Positions 20,827 to 30,810 of a stretch of DNA of 64,000 bases are shown piece by piece. The notes below the pieces were generated by a model, which saw nothing but the letters and a program-made list of their open reading frames with translations, was not told where the DNA came from and made no database searches. The stretch is from the NCBI GenBank assembly GCA_051003155.1, contig JBPCLO010000031.1, positions 32,001 through 96,000 on the forward strand, read 5' to 3'. The first letter of the stretch is position 1. Each line of letters opens with the position of its first letter. The position numbers were made by a program, and so were the translations under genes. Origin of the DNA: Fimbriimonadales bacterium (GTDB taxonomy: Bacteria; Armatimonadota; Fimbriimonadia; Fimbriimonadales; ATM1).

Positions 20827-21991
20827 GCGCAGCCTCCGAGATCCGTCGCGCTGACATGGCCGAACGGCATGCACCTAGCGCTATCCCGAGTGCCAGCAAA
20901 CTGCTGTTGCCGTAGCTGAAAAAAGGCAGCGGGATGCCAACAGTCGGTATTGCGGACCCCGCGACCAGTAAATTGAAAATCCCCTGGCTTCCTATCCACC
21001 AACCTGTTCCTTGTAAGATAAGTCTTCCAAAAGAATCCTTGACAAATGTGGCCAAGTACATCAGGCGGAAAGTAATCCCGCTCAGAAGGAGAATGACAGT
21101 AAACGAGCCGATTATTCCAAATTCCTCGAATATTGTTACACATATGAAGTCTGTTGTTGCCGCAGGTAACACGTGCTTGGCCATGCCCTTACCGACGCCC
21201 ACGCCGAGGGGACCACCGACCGCCATCGCTTTCTCGGCTACCGTCGTTTGGAAACCCGGACCGTCTACGATCCCCGGTTGCCAGCGGTTCGCGTGATTCG
21301 CGATTCGCTCGACCCGGTAGCCCTTCGACAGCGCCAAGTAACTGATGCCGGCGATCGCCAGGCAGACAAAGACGCTGAGAATCCTAATGTTGTACTTGCC
21401 GTACAGATTCCTTCCAAGGCCGAATAGCAACATCCCGAACGCGATCATGAGGACGACCAGTGCCGTACCGAGGTCTGGCTCGAGCTCGACCAATACGAAG
21501 CTGATCGTGACGATAAAGATCGGCCAAATGCGCGGAACGACGTTATCGAGCCACGCGACAAAACCGCGTCGCCTGATTTCCGGCAGCTTTCTGCAAGCCC
21601 AAAGCGCAAGAAACACAACCGTAGCCGGTTTTAACAATTCTGCCGGCTGGAAGCCAAGCGCCTCGCCACCCAGCCTTCGGCGAGCTCCCCAAGCCACCTG
21701 GCCGAGGCCCGGGACCAAGACCAAGATGCATGCCAGAAGGATAATCCAGTAAAACCACGGGGTTATCCGTTTAAGCTTACCGATGGAAATGCCTGAGACG
21801 ACAAAATACGCGATTCCACCGATCAACAGCCCTACGCAATGCTTGACAAACTCCATCGGAAAGGCGCCCTGGCCCTTCATCATCCCAGCCGCAAACGCCG
21901 CATCCCAGACCGCGCCTGCTCCCAAAAATGCCACCAAGACCGTTAGGATGGTCAACAGCGGGTCAATTCCATTCTTTGTATAGGGCGTCAA
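20771..21991 (-). CDS. ftsW: SEDS peptidoglycan polymerase FtsW
   Basis: Multi-TM; GARR, FQPAELLK, EPDLGT, LPAATTDFI, EEFG, GIPLPFFSYGNSS. TTG start overlapping the murD stop chosen. Confidence 0.92.
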   Translation of the reverse strand: MTPYTKNGIDPLLTILTVLVAFLGAGAVWDAAFAAGMMKGQGAFPMEFVKHCVGLLIGGIAYFVVSGISIGKLKRITPWFYWIILLACILVLVPGLGQVAWGARRRLGGEALGFQPAELLKPATVVFLALWACRKLPEIRRRGFVAWLDNVVPRIWPIFIVTISFVLVELEPDLGTALVVLMIAFGMLLFGLGRNLYGKYNIRILSVFVCLAIAGISYLALSKGYRVERIANHANRWQPGIVDGPGFQTTVAEKAMAVGGPLGVGVGKGMAKHVLPAATTDFICVTIFEEFGIIGSFTVILLLSGITFRLMYLATFVKDSFGRLILQGTGWWIGSQGIFNLLVAGSAIPTVGIPLPFFSYGNSSLLALGIALGACRSAMSARRISEAAREDSGDGRRHGRPRLSGA

Positions 21992-23358
21992 TTCGCGCTC
22001 CCTCCGATACACTCACGGACGATGCTTCGGAAGCGTTCGCCTCTCGCGATGAAATCGTCGAACTGATCGAAGCTTTTGCATCCGGGCGAAAGAATAATCG
22101 TATCACCGGGAAGCGAGGCCGAAATAGCGACTGAAAATGCTTGGGCGAGGTCTTCAACGACTTCGACCTGCACAGCCTTGTCGGACAACGTTGTGGCGAG
22201 ACGCTCGCCGTCTCGCCCGAACAGGATGGCCGCTCGCAGGCGCGATCCGTCGATCCGTTCGAGTGGCGCAAGGTCTTCCGCTTGCAAGACGCCACCCGCC
22301 AAAACGATCATCGGCGCGGGGCAAGCTTCGATCGACGAACGAAGAGCCTCAGGGTTCGTACACATGCTGTTGTTGATAAATCTCCGGCCGTCCCTTGCAC
22401 CGAGAAATTCCATCCGATTCGCTATACCTTTGAACGACTTGATAGCTGCCGGAGCGGACTCGGCATCCGCGCCTTGCGAGCTCGCGAGGAGCCAAGCTGC
22501 CGCGGCGTTCTCGAGGTTATGCCGGGCCCCGGCCCAAAGCTCCTCGCTTCGGATTTCGACACCGGTGCTTGCCATGATCGCATGGTCGGAATCTATAACG
22601 ACGTCGCAGCCGGCCCCGCCCAACGTATGCCTTCGCGCCCGGAGCCCCTCGTCGAAGGTCTCTTGGTGAAAAGTGTTGATAACCGCGACGTCTTCGAACG
22701 TTTGGTTGGAATAGACTCGCTTCTTCATCGTGGCATACTCAGAAAAGCTCCCGTATCGGTCTAGGTGATCCTCAGAAATGTTCGTGATGGTGCAGGCGTG
22801 TGGACGGAATGCATCGATCCACTCGAGCTGAAACGAGGAAACCTCGGAAACCAGAATGTCGGACTCCATCGCGCTCGACGCTGCGGTGGCGATGGGAGTC
22901 TCTGGAAAGCCTGACCCGGCGATGTTCCCGCACAAGATCGCGCTCTTCCCAGCCTGACGCAATACGTGATAGGTCAGAGCCGTGACGGTGCTCTTGCCGT
23001 TGGTCCCGGTGATGGCAACAATGGGTGCCTTCGACAGTCTGTAGGCGACCTCGATCTCGCTCCAAACCGGGACGCCCCGCTTGGTTGCGTCGTTCAACGC
23101 CGGATGGGTCCGAGGCACTCCAGGTGATGGCACGATCAGGTCAACGGACGGCCATTCCACATTGCCCGACCAGCTGGTCACGATGTCGATACCGCGTCCC
23201 GAGAGCTTGTCCATCTGCTCGATCATGCTCAACGAGTCGGCGGGCTTTTCGTCCACGACCGTTACAGCAGCGCCCGACTTCGCCAGCGCGACCGAGAGCG
23301 ATGTCCCGGCACGTGCCAGCCCTATGACGATAATCTTCATTCCGCAGAAGTTCATCAT
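21988..23358 (-). CDS. murD: UDP-N-acetylmuramoyl-L-alanine--D-glutamate ligase
   Basis: GLARAG, SPGV, AITGTNGKSTVT, EVSSFQL, DHLDRY, NNSMCTN, LSPGCKSFDQF..F..RG. Confidence 0.96.
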   Translation of the reverse strand: MMNFCGMKIIVIGLARAGTSLSVALAKSGAAVTVVDEKPADSLSMIEQMDKLSGRGIDIVTSWSGNVEWPSVDLIVPSPGVPRTHPALNDATKRGVPVWSEIEVAYRLSKAPIVAITGTNGKSTVTALTYHVLRQAGKSAILCGNIAGSGFPETPIATAASSAMESDILVSEVSSFQLEWIDAFRPHACTITNISEDHLDRYGSFSEYATMKKRVYSNQTFEDVAVINTFHQETFDEGLRARRHTLGGAGCDVVIDSDHAIMASTGVEIRSEELWAGARHNLENAAAAWLLASSQGADAESAPAAIKSFKGIANRMEFLGARDGRRFINNSMCTNPEALRSSIEACPAPMIVLAGGVLQAEDLAPLERIDGSRLRAAILFGRDGERLATTLSDKAVQVEVVEDLAQAFSVAISASLPGDTIILSPGCKSFDQFDDFIARGERFRSIVRECIGGSAN

Positions 23359-24248
23359 GCGTAAATCACCGTCAGCGCGGCTGCGCTTAGCACAACTTGC
23401 GCAAGAGCGAACGACCAAACCACTCGCGACTCAGGCCAGCCGATCCTCTCAAAGCCGTGGTGGATCGGAGTCGCCGGAAAGACGCGTCGCTTAATCGTCT
23501 TGACAGCAAGAATCTGGATTGGGACGAGCGCCAGTTCGATAATGAAGACAAGGGAGGCGGCCCACGGCCAAACTGATGTTTGCCACGGCGATGCCGAGAA
23601 CAGGAGGCCAAAGAGGGAGCCGAGAGCTAGAGAGCCTACGTCCCCCATAAACACTTTAGCTGGCGGCGCGTTGAGGAAAAGGAATGGGATAGCTGCTCCC
23701 ATTGCCGCGAAGGCCATTGCCACATTGAGCGCATTGCTTACCGTCAAGAAATAGACGCCGAACGGCAGGAGGGCGACCAGGATCAGCGTGCCTGCGAGAG
23801 CGTCGAGGCCATCACTGAAATTTACAGCATTTGCAAAAAAAACTACAAAAAAACCTGTCATCAGCGCCCCTATCGAACCGCCCGCCACGAGCAAGAAGAT
23901 GGCCATCACGCCGAACTCCATTACCAGCTTCGGCACCCAGCCAAGGCCTCGCTTAGATGTCGCTCGCGGTACAACAAAGTCGTCGACAAAGCCGATGGCA
24001 GCGAAACCGAGGATCACGAAGATGGCAGCAAATCCCGAAGCACTGAACGCGAGCTCCACAACGAGCGCAACGACAATGAAGATACCCCCCATGTTCGGCG
24101 TTCCTGACTTCGCCATATGCTCCTCCGGCACATACGGGCTAATGATGCTGGAAACGCCGATCCGGCGAAGGAGCACTAGTGTCGGCCATGCCAACACGGA
24201 CGCAACCGCAAGACTCGACCAAAACGACTGAGCTGCAAAATTAAGCAC
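23355..24248 (-). CDS. mraY: Phospho-N-acetylmuramoyl-pentapeptide transferase
   Basis: KSGTPNMGG, GFVDD, NAVNFSDGLDAL, NAPPAKVFMGDVGS, PIHHGFE..GWPE. Confidence 0.95.
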   Translation of the reverse strand: MLNFAAQSFWSSLAVASVLAWPTLVLLRRIGVSSIISPYVPEEHMAKSGTPNMGGIFIVVALVVELAFSASGFAAIFVILGFAAIGFVDDFVVPRATSKRGLGWVPKLVMEFGVMAIFLLVAGGSIGALMTGFFVVFFANAVNFSDGLDALAGTLILVALLPFGVYFLTVSNALNVAMAFAAMGAAIPFLFLNAPPAKVFMGDVGSLALGSLFGLLFSASPWQTSVWPWAASLVFIIELALVPIQILAVKTIKRRVFPATPIHHGFERIGWPESRVVWSFALAQVVLSAAALTVIYA

Positions 24249-25599
24249 CCGACTTGACCCCGGCTGCCCCGAGGGTCTTTTCCAGAGCCATTCCCCGCGA
24301 GCCCTTAACCAACACGACATCGCCCGGCTCGAGGCGAGCGAATACCCTCGCTGCCTCCTCGGCAGACCCGTATAGATCCAATCGACCATCGAATCCCTGT
24401 TCTACCGCCTCGTCGCGAATCCAATGAACCGCCCGGCCCACCAACGACAGGCGGTCCAGCTTCAAACGCGCTGCCTCAGCTCCAATCCTACGATGAGCCT
24501 CCTCCGCGTAATCGCCAAGTTCGAGCATGTCGCCGAGGATTGCGATCCGCTGCCCCGTGCCTGGTGCTAGCGCCAGATTGCGAAGTGCTTCCACACAAGA
24601 TTCTGGACTAGAATTATACACATCGATCAACACCGTCGCGCCGTTGAACTCGACCGCCTTCATTCGAGGACCGGGGATCTCGGCTCGCGACATCGAATCC
24701 ATTGCCTCACTCAACCGCAGATCAAGGCCGAGGCAAACGGCCATAGCCGCGGCTGTATTCAGCGCCTGCTGAGACCCTAGTCCCGGGACCGAGCCGCTAA
24801 GCCGCTCTCCCCTCGCTTCCAAAAGAACCTCAGTCCGATTCTCAGAAAAGTCGCTGCGCGAATCAAATACCGAAACGTCGCCGCCTTCTCCAAAAGTTAC
24901 CACCGGGCACCGAGCGGCTTTGCGCAACAAATCTGAAAACTCTCCACGGGACGGGATAACCGCAAGGCCACCATCCGGTACTGCCCGCAGCAATTCCGAC
25001 TTTGCCTCGGCGATGGCCCGAGTACTCCCGAGTTCGCCGACATGCGACGTTCCGAGCGATGTTATGACGCCAACGGTCGGCTTACTGAACGATGCGAGGT
25101 GTGCGATTTGTCCGCGGCCCCGCATACCCATTTCCAGGACTACGAACTTGTGCTGTTCTTGTAACCTCATCCAGGTCATTGGCAGCCCATACTCGGTGTT
25201 TTGGTTTCCGAACGACTTCAAAACCGGGCCGGCCGAGGACAGCGCCGCCGAGATCAGCTCCTTCACCGTAGTCTTTCCCACGCTGCCCGTTACAGCAACG
25301 ACGACCCCTTCAAATCTGTCGCGAATATATGTAGCTATAGAGGCTAAAGCTGTTGAAATATCGTCGACAACAAGCTTCGGTACCGGGCTCTCGACGTGCC
25401 TAGACACAAGCGTCGCGACGGCTCCCCTTTCGGCCGCGTACCGGATAAAGTCGTGCCCGTCCGCAGCCTCACCGACAACTGCGCAAAATAGATCTCCAGG
25501 ACTCGCGGTACGGCTGTCCACCGATATCCCATTGACTTCCACATCGACATCATCATCGAGAGACGCACCGAGCACGGAAGCGATATGGCTCAAGCGCAT
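24241..25599 (-). CDS. murF: UDP-MurNAc-tripeptide--D-Ala-D-Ala ligase
   Basis: DSR, DGHDF, VTGSVGKTTVKE, LEMGM, DVYNSSPES, LGDMLELG, LVKGSRG. Confidence 0.96.
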   Translation of the reverse strand: MRLSHIASVLGASLDDDVDVEVNGISVDSRTASPGDLFCAVVGEAADGHDFIRYAAERGAVATLVSRHVESPVPKLVVDDISTALASIATYIRDRFEGVVVAVTGSVGKTTVKELISAALSSAGPVLKSFGNQNTEYGLPMTWMRLQEQHKFVVLEMGMRGRGQIAHLASFSKPTVGVITSLGTSHVGELGSTRAIAEAKSELLRAVPDGGLAVIPSRGEFSDLLRKAARCPVVTFGEGGDVSVFDSRSDFSENRTEVLLEARGERLSGSVPGLGSQQALNTAAAMAVCLGLDLRLSEAMDSMSRAEIPGPRMKAVEFNGATVLIDVYNSSPESCVEALRNLALAPGTGQRIAILGDMLELGDYAEEAHRRIGAEAARLKLDRLSLVGRAVHWIRDEAVEQGFDGRLDLYGSAEEAARVFARLEPGDVVLVKGSRGMALEKTLGAAGVKSGA

Positions 25600-27056
25600 A
25601 CGGACCTCTCCGCTATCGCTTCAGCCGCGACCTCCCGATCGTCGAAATGGATCTTGGACGTCCCAAGAATCTGGTAATCCTCGTGGCCCTTTCCGGCGAT
25701 CACAACCACGTCCCCCGAAGACGCTTCGGCAATTGCGGACCGAATAGCAGACTTGCGGTCGGCGTCGACCGTGGCCTGGACTTTAACGCTGGGCATGATG
25801 TCCGCTATAATCGCAACTGGGTCCTCCGTCCGAGGGTTGTCGCTGGTTACGAACACGACATCGGAGAGCGCCGACGCTGTAGCTCCCATCTTCGGCCGTT
25901 TCGTGCGATCCCTGTCGCCTCCACAGCCGAAAACGGACACCACGCGCCCCGATGTAAGCTCACGAACGGATTGCAACAGCTTCTCGAGAGCTTCCGGAGT
26001 GTGCGCGTAGTCGACGATGACATTAAAGTCGCTCCCGGTCGGTACGGACTCGAACCTTCCCGGCGCCGCCTGCACTCCGCTCATTTCCCGAACGATATTT
26101 GCGGGTTCATGCCCGAGTGCGATGGCGGCCGCGACAGCGCCAAGGCAGTTCGAAACGTTGAACTTGCTCCCGATAGGCACATCAGCGAAAAACTGCCGGC
26201 TTGTGTACTCGAACGAGAACTGCAGCCTGTCCAGCCAAACCTCTGATGCCACAAGGCGCACATCGGCATCGACCGAGCCAAAGGAGAGGCTGCGGCTGCT
26301 CTCCGCATCTAACATCGCGCCGTGCTCATCGTCGACGTTCGCGACCGTAACGATCGATTTCGTTGTGGGAAGATCTCCGAAAAGACGCCTCTTCGCCTGA
26401 AAATACTGCGCCATGTCCGGATGGAAATCCAGATGGTCCTGGCTCAAATTGGTAAATACGCCGACATCGAACTCGATGCCCTCGACCCGCTTCTGCGCCA
26501 ATGCGTGCGATGAAACCTCCATGACGACCGCGTTTGCTCCGAGGGCAACGAACTCAGCTAACAGCCGGTTAATTTCGGGAGCGAAGGGCGTCGTTAGGTC
26601 GGTGTTGATCGAAATGCCATCAATGGTTGCGCCGAGGGTTCCGACATACGCGCTTTTCACCCCCAACCCGACAAGAACTTGGTTGAGAATCCACGCGACG
26701 GTGGTCTTCCCGTTCGTCCCGGTTACTCCGACCATCTTGAGTTGCTTGCTTGGGTCGCCGTACAGCCGCTTCGCCAGCCTCCAGGTAGCTTCCGCGGCAT
26801 CTTGGACGAGCGCGCCGGCAATCCCTAAATGGCGAAGGCGCGCATAAGCTTGGGGATCGGTGACAACCGCGCCCTCGGCGCCCGCGGCCAGCGCCTGTGG
26901 GATGAATTGATGCCCGTCGACTCTCGTACCAGGCATACAAAGGAAAAGCGAGCCGGTCGAGGCTCGCCGTGAATCGAGTTCCAAGGAACCGATCTCAGCA
27001 TCGCCGGTGTGCTCAATTATCCCCGGCACGTCGAGCACAAGGTCAACGAACTGCAA
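25590..27056 (-). CDS. murE: UDP-MurNAc-dipeptide--meso-DAP ligase
   Basis: GVTGTNGKTT, MEVSSH, DHLDFH, VDYAHTP, FGCGGDRD, DNPR (DAP-type motif), AGKGHE. Confidence 0.96.
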   Translation of the reverse strand: MQFVDLVLDVPGIIEHTGDAEIGSLELDSRRASTGSLFLCMPGTRVDGHQFIPQALAAGAEGAVVTDPQAYARLRHLGIAGALVQDAAEATWRLAKRLYGDPSKQLKMVGVTGTNGKTTVAWILNQVLVGLGVKSAYVGTLGATIDGISINTDLTTPFAPEINRLLAEFVALGANAVVMEVSSHALAQKRVEGIEFDVGVFTNLSQDHLDFHPDMAQYFQAKRRLFGDLPTTKSIVTVANVDDEHGAMLDAESSRSLSFGSVDADVRLVASEVWLDRLQFSFEYTSRQFFADVPIGSKFNVSNCLGAVAAAIALGHEPANIVREMSGVQAAPGRFESVPTGSDFNVIVDYAHTPEALEKLLQSVRELTSGRVVSVFGCGGDRDRTKRPKMGATASALSDVVFVTSDNPRTEDPVAIIADIMPSVKVQATVDADRKSAIRSAIAEASSGDVVVIAGKGHEDYQILGTSKIHFDDREVAAEAIAERSVCA

Positions 27057-28800
27057 GGATCGCCTCCGGGGAATCAGGAGGGATTCTGTCTTTCTTCAAA
27101 ATAAACCTAGCTATATCCTTAAACGCGGGGCCCGCAACGACCCCACCATAGTGACCGCCGGCCCTGGGCTCATCGATCATAACCAGAACGACGGCCTTTG
27201 GGTCCTTGGCTGGAACATACCCCACGAATGAGCTAACGTAGTTCCTTCCGCGAGATGAACCGAGCTTTTGCGCGGTGCCCGTCTTGCCCGCCAAGGTGTA
27301 GCCGGGAACCCTGAGGGCCGTACCGGTGCCCGCGTCGCCTTGGATGACCTGCTGCATCATCTCCAGCACCCTGCGCGCGATCGCGGGTTTAAACATCTGC
27401 TTGCCGGGCCGAACCTTCAACGGTTCTCCGTCGACAGATTTGATGAGTCGTGGGAACATCCGGCGTCCATTGTTGGCGAAGACGGTGAACGCGCTGGCCA
27501 GCCCGAGAGGGCTCGTGTTGAGCGACTGTCCAAAACCGAGGTTTGCGGTTTGGATAGTCTTGTTGAAGTCGTTAAAATTCAGATATCCCCGCGTTTCCGG
27601 CGACAGCCCGACGTTTTGCAAATCCAACAACCCGAGGTCGATGATCATTTGCGAAAACCTCTTAAAGCCGATATCTGCCGCCCATGTCGATGCGGCAACG
27701 TTACAACTTTTCTCGATGCAGTCCGCGGGATTGACGATGCCGTGCACGTGCCCGGAAGCACAATGCATTGTGCGGTTGAAGAACTTCTTGGCACCAGTGC
27801 AAAAAGTGGTCGTGCCTTCAGAGATCGTCCCGGTATCGAGACCCAGAGCGACGGTAAAAGTTTTGAATGTCGAACCGGGCTCGAAGCGCATTCCTGTTGC
27901 TGGATTAAATTGCGGGCTGACCGTTCGCCCCTGCGACATTTTTTGCTGTGCTTTGGCGACCCGGACGGGATCATAAGTGGGCCAACTGGCAAGGGCAAGA
28001 ATATCGCCGGTCCGCGGATCGATGACGATGGCCGTGCCGTGCGAGGCGTTGTGCTTTTGACATTGGGCGTCCAGACTCTTCATGGCAGCGATCTGCAGGT
28101 CGCTGTCGATCGTCAGGACCATATTCGACCCGTTGGTGGCCATCCGCGAATCCCGTCCCACGGTCATCCAAGGGAGGAAGCTTCCAGACTTGTCCATGAT
28201 TCCCGTCATGTGCCCTGACCGGCCAGATAGAACGCCGTTCTGAGCTTTTTCCAACCCCGCCATGCCTTTCTCGTTGTCATCGACGTAGCCGAGAAGCGGC
28301 GCGGAATACGATCCTAAGGAATATTCCCGCGCACCTGCAGGCTTGACCCAAAGTCCGTCCGCGCCATACTTCGCGCGCACGCGGTTAAGTTGCACGGCCT
28401 GCTGGCTGGTGAGGACCACATCCCAGTCATTTGCCCGTCCGCGTCGAGAGACAAAGTCTATTAGCTCAGCGGCCGACAACCCGGTGATCCGGGCAACGGA
28501 AGTCCACAGCGCCGGGCTGGTTGGAACGGCCTTAGGGTCGATCCCCATTCTCTGCGAGTTAGTAGAGCGGGCGAGAATCCTTCCGTCCGAAGAATAAATG
28601 TCGCCTCGGCGCGCTAGCAGGTCTTCGGATGCGAAGAGCCGATGCGCCTCCTTAGCCGCTTCAAGAATCTTCGTTCGGCCAAACACCTGAAGCCGAACCT
28701 GGTTAAAGCCCACCCACACGAAGCCCGCAGCCAAGAGCAGCGCGGGTAGCCACGCAGGGATGGTCCCGGGCACCGGCGCTAACTCCCCACGCTTCTTCAT
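27043..28800 (-). CDS. ftsI: Class B penicillin-binding protein (division transpeptidase)
   Basis: RRGDIYSSDG, G.AGLE, LTIDS, EPGSTFK (SxxK), SCN (SxN), GFGQ, GKTGTAQ. Confidence 0.93.
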   Translation of the reverse strand: MKKRGELAPVPGTIPAWLPALLLAAGFVWVGFNQVRLQVFGRTKILEAAKEAHRLFASEDLLARRGDIYSSDGRILARSTNSQRMGIDPKAVPTSPALWTSVARITGLSAAELIDFVSRRGRANDWDVVLTSQQAVQLNRVRAKYGADGLWVKPAGAREYSLGSYSAPLLGYVDDNEKGMAGLEKAQNGVLSGRSGHMTGIMDKSGSFLPWMTVGRDSRMATNGSNMVLTIDSDLQIAAMKSLDAQCQKHNASHGTAIVIDPRTGDILALASWPTYDPVRVAKAQQKMSQGRTVSPQFNPATGMRFEPGSTFKTFTVALGLDTGTISEGTTTFCTGAKKFFNRTMHCASGHVHGIVNPADCIEKSCNVAASTWAADIGFKRFSQMIIDLGLLDLQNVGLSPETRGYLNFNDFNKTIQTANLGFGQSLNTSPLGLASAFTVFANNGRRMFPRLIKSVDGEPLKVRPGKQMFKPAIARRVLEMMQQVIQGDAGTGTALRVPGYTLAGKTGTAQKLGSSRGRNYVSSFVGYVPAKDPKAVVLVMIDEPRAGGHYGGVVAGPAFKDIARFILKKDRIPPDSPEAILAVR

Positions 28801-29165
28801 TTCGGTACCAAATAGGACGAGACGAAGCCGTTGAGAGACGCCCAAGATTCGATTTTCTCGGCGCTCTGCATTGCTCCCAGCTGCTGCCGAAGCACTGCGG
28901 CGTCGGCCTCCGCGCTAAGGGCGCGCGCATTCAATTGAATGGCCGACCTGCGGGCTTCCTCGATCAACAGCTGTCCGGCGAAGCCGGCAGACATGTGCAT
29001 CAAGGTCATTGTGATGGCTGTCATTAGCGAAAAACGAATCACGGCGGCCCGCGTTGCCTCTCGCCTTGCCTTGGCTCTCGCACGGGCTCCGGGATAGGCA
29101 TTCGCCCAGATCGATGATTGTCGGTCAAGAGCAACCGCCTCGTACGGTTGCAAGATTGCACTCAT
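28797..29165 (-). CDS. Probable FtsL-like septal protein
   Basis: Basic N-region, one TM, coiled coil and S.EKIESWA...G ending; lies between rsmH and ftsI. Confidence 0.6.
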   Translation of the reverse strand: MSAILQPYEAVALDRQSSIWANAYPGARARAKARREATRAAVIRFSLMTAITMTLMHMSAGFAGQLLIEEARRSAIQLNARALSAEADAAVLRQQLGAMQSAEKIESWASLNGFVSSYLVPK

Positions 29166-30061
29166 TTAGTTTCCTCCTCTGCTCTGCCGATCGCCCTCAG
29201 TCGGGCGCTTCGCGCGTTGGGGTTGTCAGACACTTCGCTTTCCGAAGGCCTGAGCGGTTTCTTAGTTAAGACTGAATGCTCGCCGTTCGCGGCAAGCTTG
29301 CGAAAGGCGTTTTTTGCGGCTGCGTCCTCGCCCGAATGATAGGCGAGAGTTACCATTCTTCCGGCCGGCTTTAGGAGACACGCTATCTGCACAACCGTGT
29401 CTTCGAGGTCGTCGAGCTCTTGGTTGATGGCGATCCGCACAGCCTGAAATGTCCGAGTTGCCGGATGAAGTCGTTGTTCCCGTTTGGAAGCAGGTACCGC
29501 CCGCAGAACTGCCTGAACCAGGTCATCGGTCATTTTTAGGCCCCGGCCCTTTCTCAGCAAGCACACTTGGCGCGCTATTGGCCGGGCCCACTTTTCACCG
29601 CCGAACTCGCGCAAGGCCCGGGCGATCTCGCCCTCCGATGCGCGGTTGAGCCACGCGGCCGCCGTTTCCTTCGTGCTTCGGTCCATTCGCATGTCGAGCG
29701 GCGCCTCGCCGGCGAACGAGAAACCGCGAGCCGTGTCCTCGAAGTGCTGGAGGTTGACGCCGAAGTCCAGCAGAATGGCGTCCGCGCTCTTCCGCTCTCT
29801 AGCCAGCCAAGCCGGTATCTCGCGGTAGTCCGCGTTCACGAAGGTCTTCCTTCCGCTGGTCCTAGTCAAGTTGTTCTCAGCGATTTTCAGCATTTCCATA
29901 TCCCAATCAAAAGCAATCAGTTCCCCTGTTTCTCCAGCGGCTTCGAGCATCTGTTCGGCATGGCCCCCATGGCCCACGGTTCCATCTACTATCGTTGCGC
30001 CGCCTTGGATGGCAAGCAGTTCCATGACCTCCAACAGCATCGCGGGCCGATGCCGCCGCAT
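29162..30061 (-). CDS. rsmH: 16S rRNA m4C1402 methyltransferase
   Basis: VDGTVGHGGHA, DFGV, RGFSF, PLDMRMD, HPATRTFQAVRIAIN, YHSGED, NPNARSARLR. Confidence 0.96.
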   Translation of the reverse strand: MRRHRPAMLLEVMELLAIQGGATIVDGTVGHGGHAEQMLEAAGETGELIAFDWDMEMLKIAENNLTRTSGRKTFVNADYREIPAWLARERKSADAILLDFGVNLQHFEDTARGFSFAGEAPLDMRMDRSTKETAAAWLNRASEGEIARALREFGGEKWARPIARQVCLLRKGRGLKMTDDLVQAVLRAVPASKREQRLHPATRTFQAVRIAINQELDDLEDTVVQIACLLKPAGRMVTLAYHSGEDAAAKNAFRKLAANGEHSVLTKKPLRPSESEVSDNPNARSARLRAIGRAEEETK

Positions 30062-30063
30062 GA

Positions 30064-30519
30064 CTACTCCGCCCTAAGGACGCCCTTCTCCGCCATTTCT
30101 CTTCGCGCCTTGGCATTCGCCTTCTTGGCAGCCGCAAACTTGTCGTGGTCAGCCTTTGGCCAAATCTCTACTCGGTCGATCGCACCGACAATCATCACCG
30201 GGCTCTTGGGCGTCAATTTCAAGTCGTCTCTCATGCGCTGAGGGATCACAAATCTGCCTTGGCCGTCTGCGCTGATGTCGTCCTCGGACATCGAGCCAAC
30301 GTCTCGCGTCTCGATGTCGCGGTCGAAGAGCGACGCCGGTTGCGAAAGGATCTCGTGAAGCTTCTGCCGCCAAACCTTTCGTGGAAGAGCCAGGATGCAT
30401 CCGACAGGATCATGGAACAGCGCGAACTTCTCCCCAAGGCGATCCTGCTTCTTCACGCTCAAACGAATACGTCCCTTGTCGTCGACCGTGGCTTCCTCAG
30501 TCCCGACCAGCGGCTCCAT
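30064..30519 (-). CDS. mraZ: Transcriptional regulator MraZ
   Basis: Two AbrB-like halves, VDDKGRI and ADGQGRFVIP, plus GAIDRVEIW. Start placed at the ATG downstream of AGGAG. Confidence 0.88.
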   Translation of the reverse strand: MEPLVGTEEATVDDKGRIRLSVKKQDRLGEKFALFHDPVGCILALPRKVWRQKLHEILSQPASLFDRDIETRDVGSMSEDDISADGQGRFVIPQRMRDDLKLTPKSPVMIVGAIDRVEIWPKADHDKFAAAKKANAKARREMAEKGVLRAE

Positions 30520-30810
30520 TGCCATCTCCTGGCTGGCGTTCGGTGCGCTTTCGCTATACATTTCCGTAAAGGGAGTAATGGCCGGAATCGCATCCATGCA
30601 ACACCGGCCATCCGAAACTTGGGGAGAGCACCCTAGTCGCTCTCAAATGAAGCGTTCCCCTAGTCCATTAGAGTTACCTCCACCCAACATCCATTCTATA
30701 GCGGCGCATGCTTAGTTTAGTTATGAAATAGGGAAAAACATGGGACTAAACCAATATTTTGCATTGGGTGTCTACTGGTATTTGGATCAGATGTAGATTG
30801 AACTACACTA

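Noticed and set aside
30600..30800. MraZ-binding direct repeats upstream of mraZ
   Set aside because: Several TGG/TGGG words occur, but not in a clean 10-nt periodic array.
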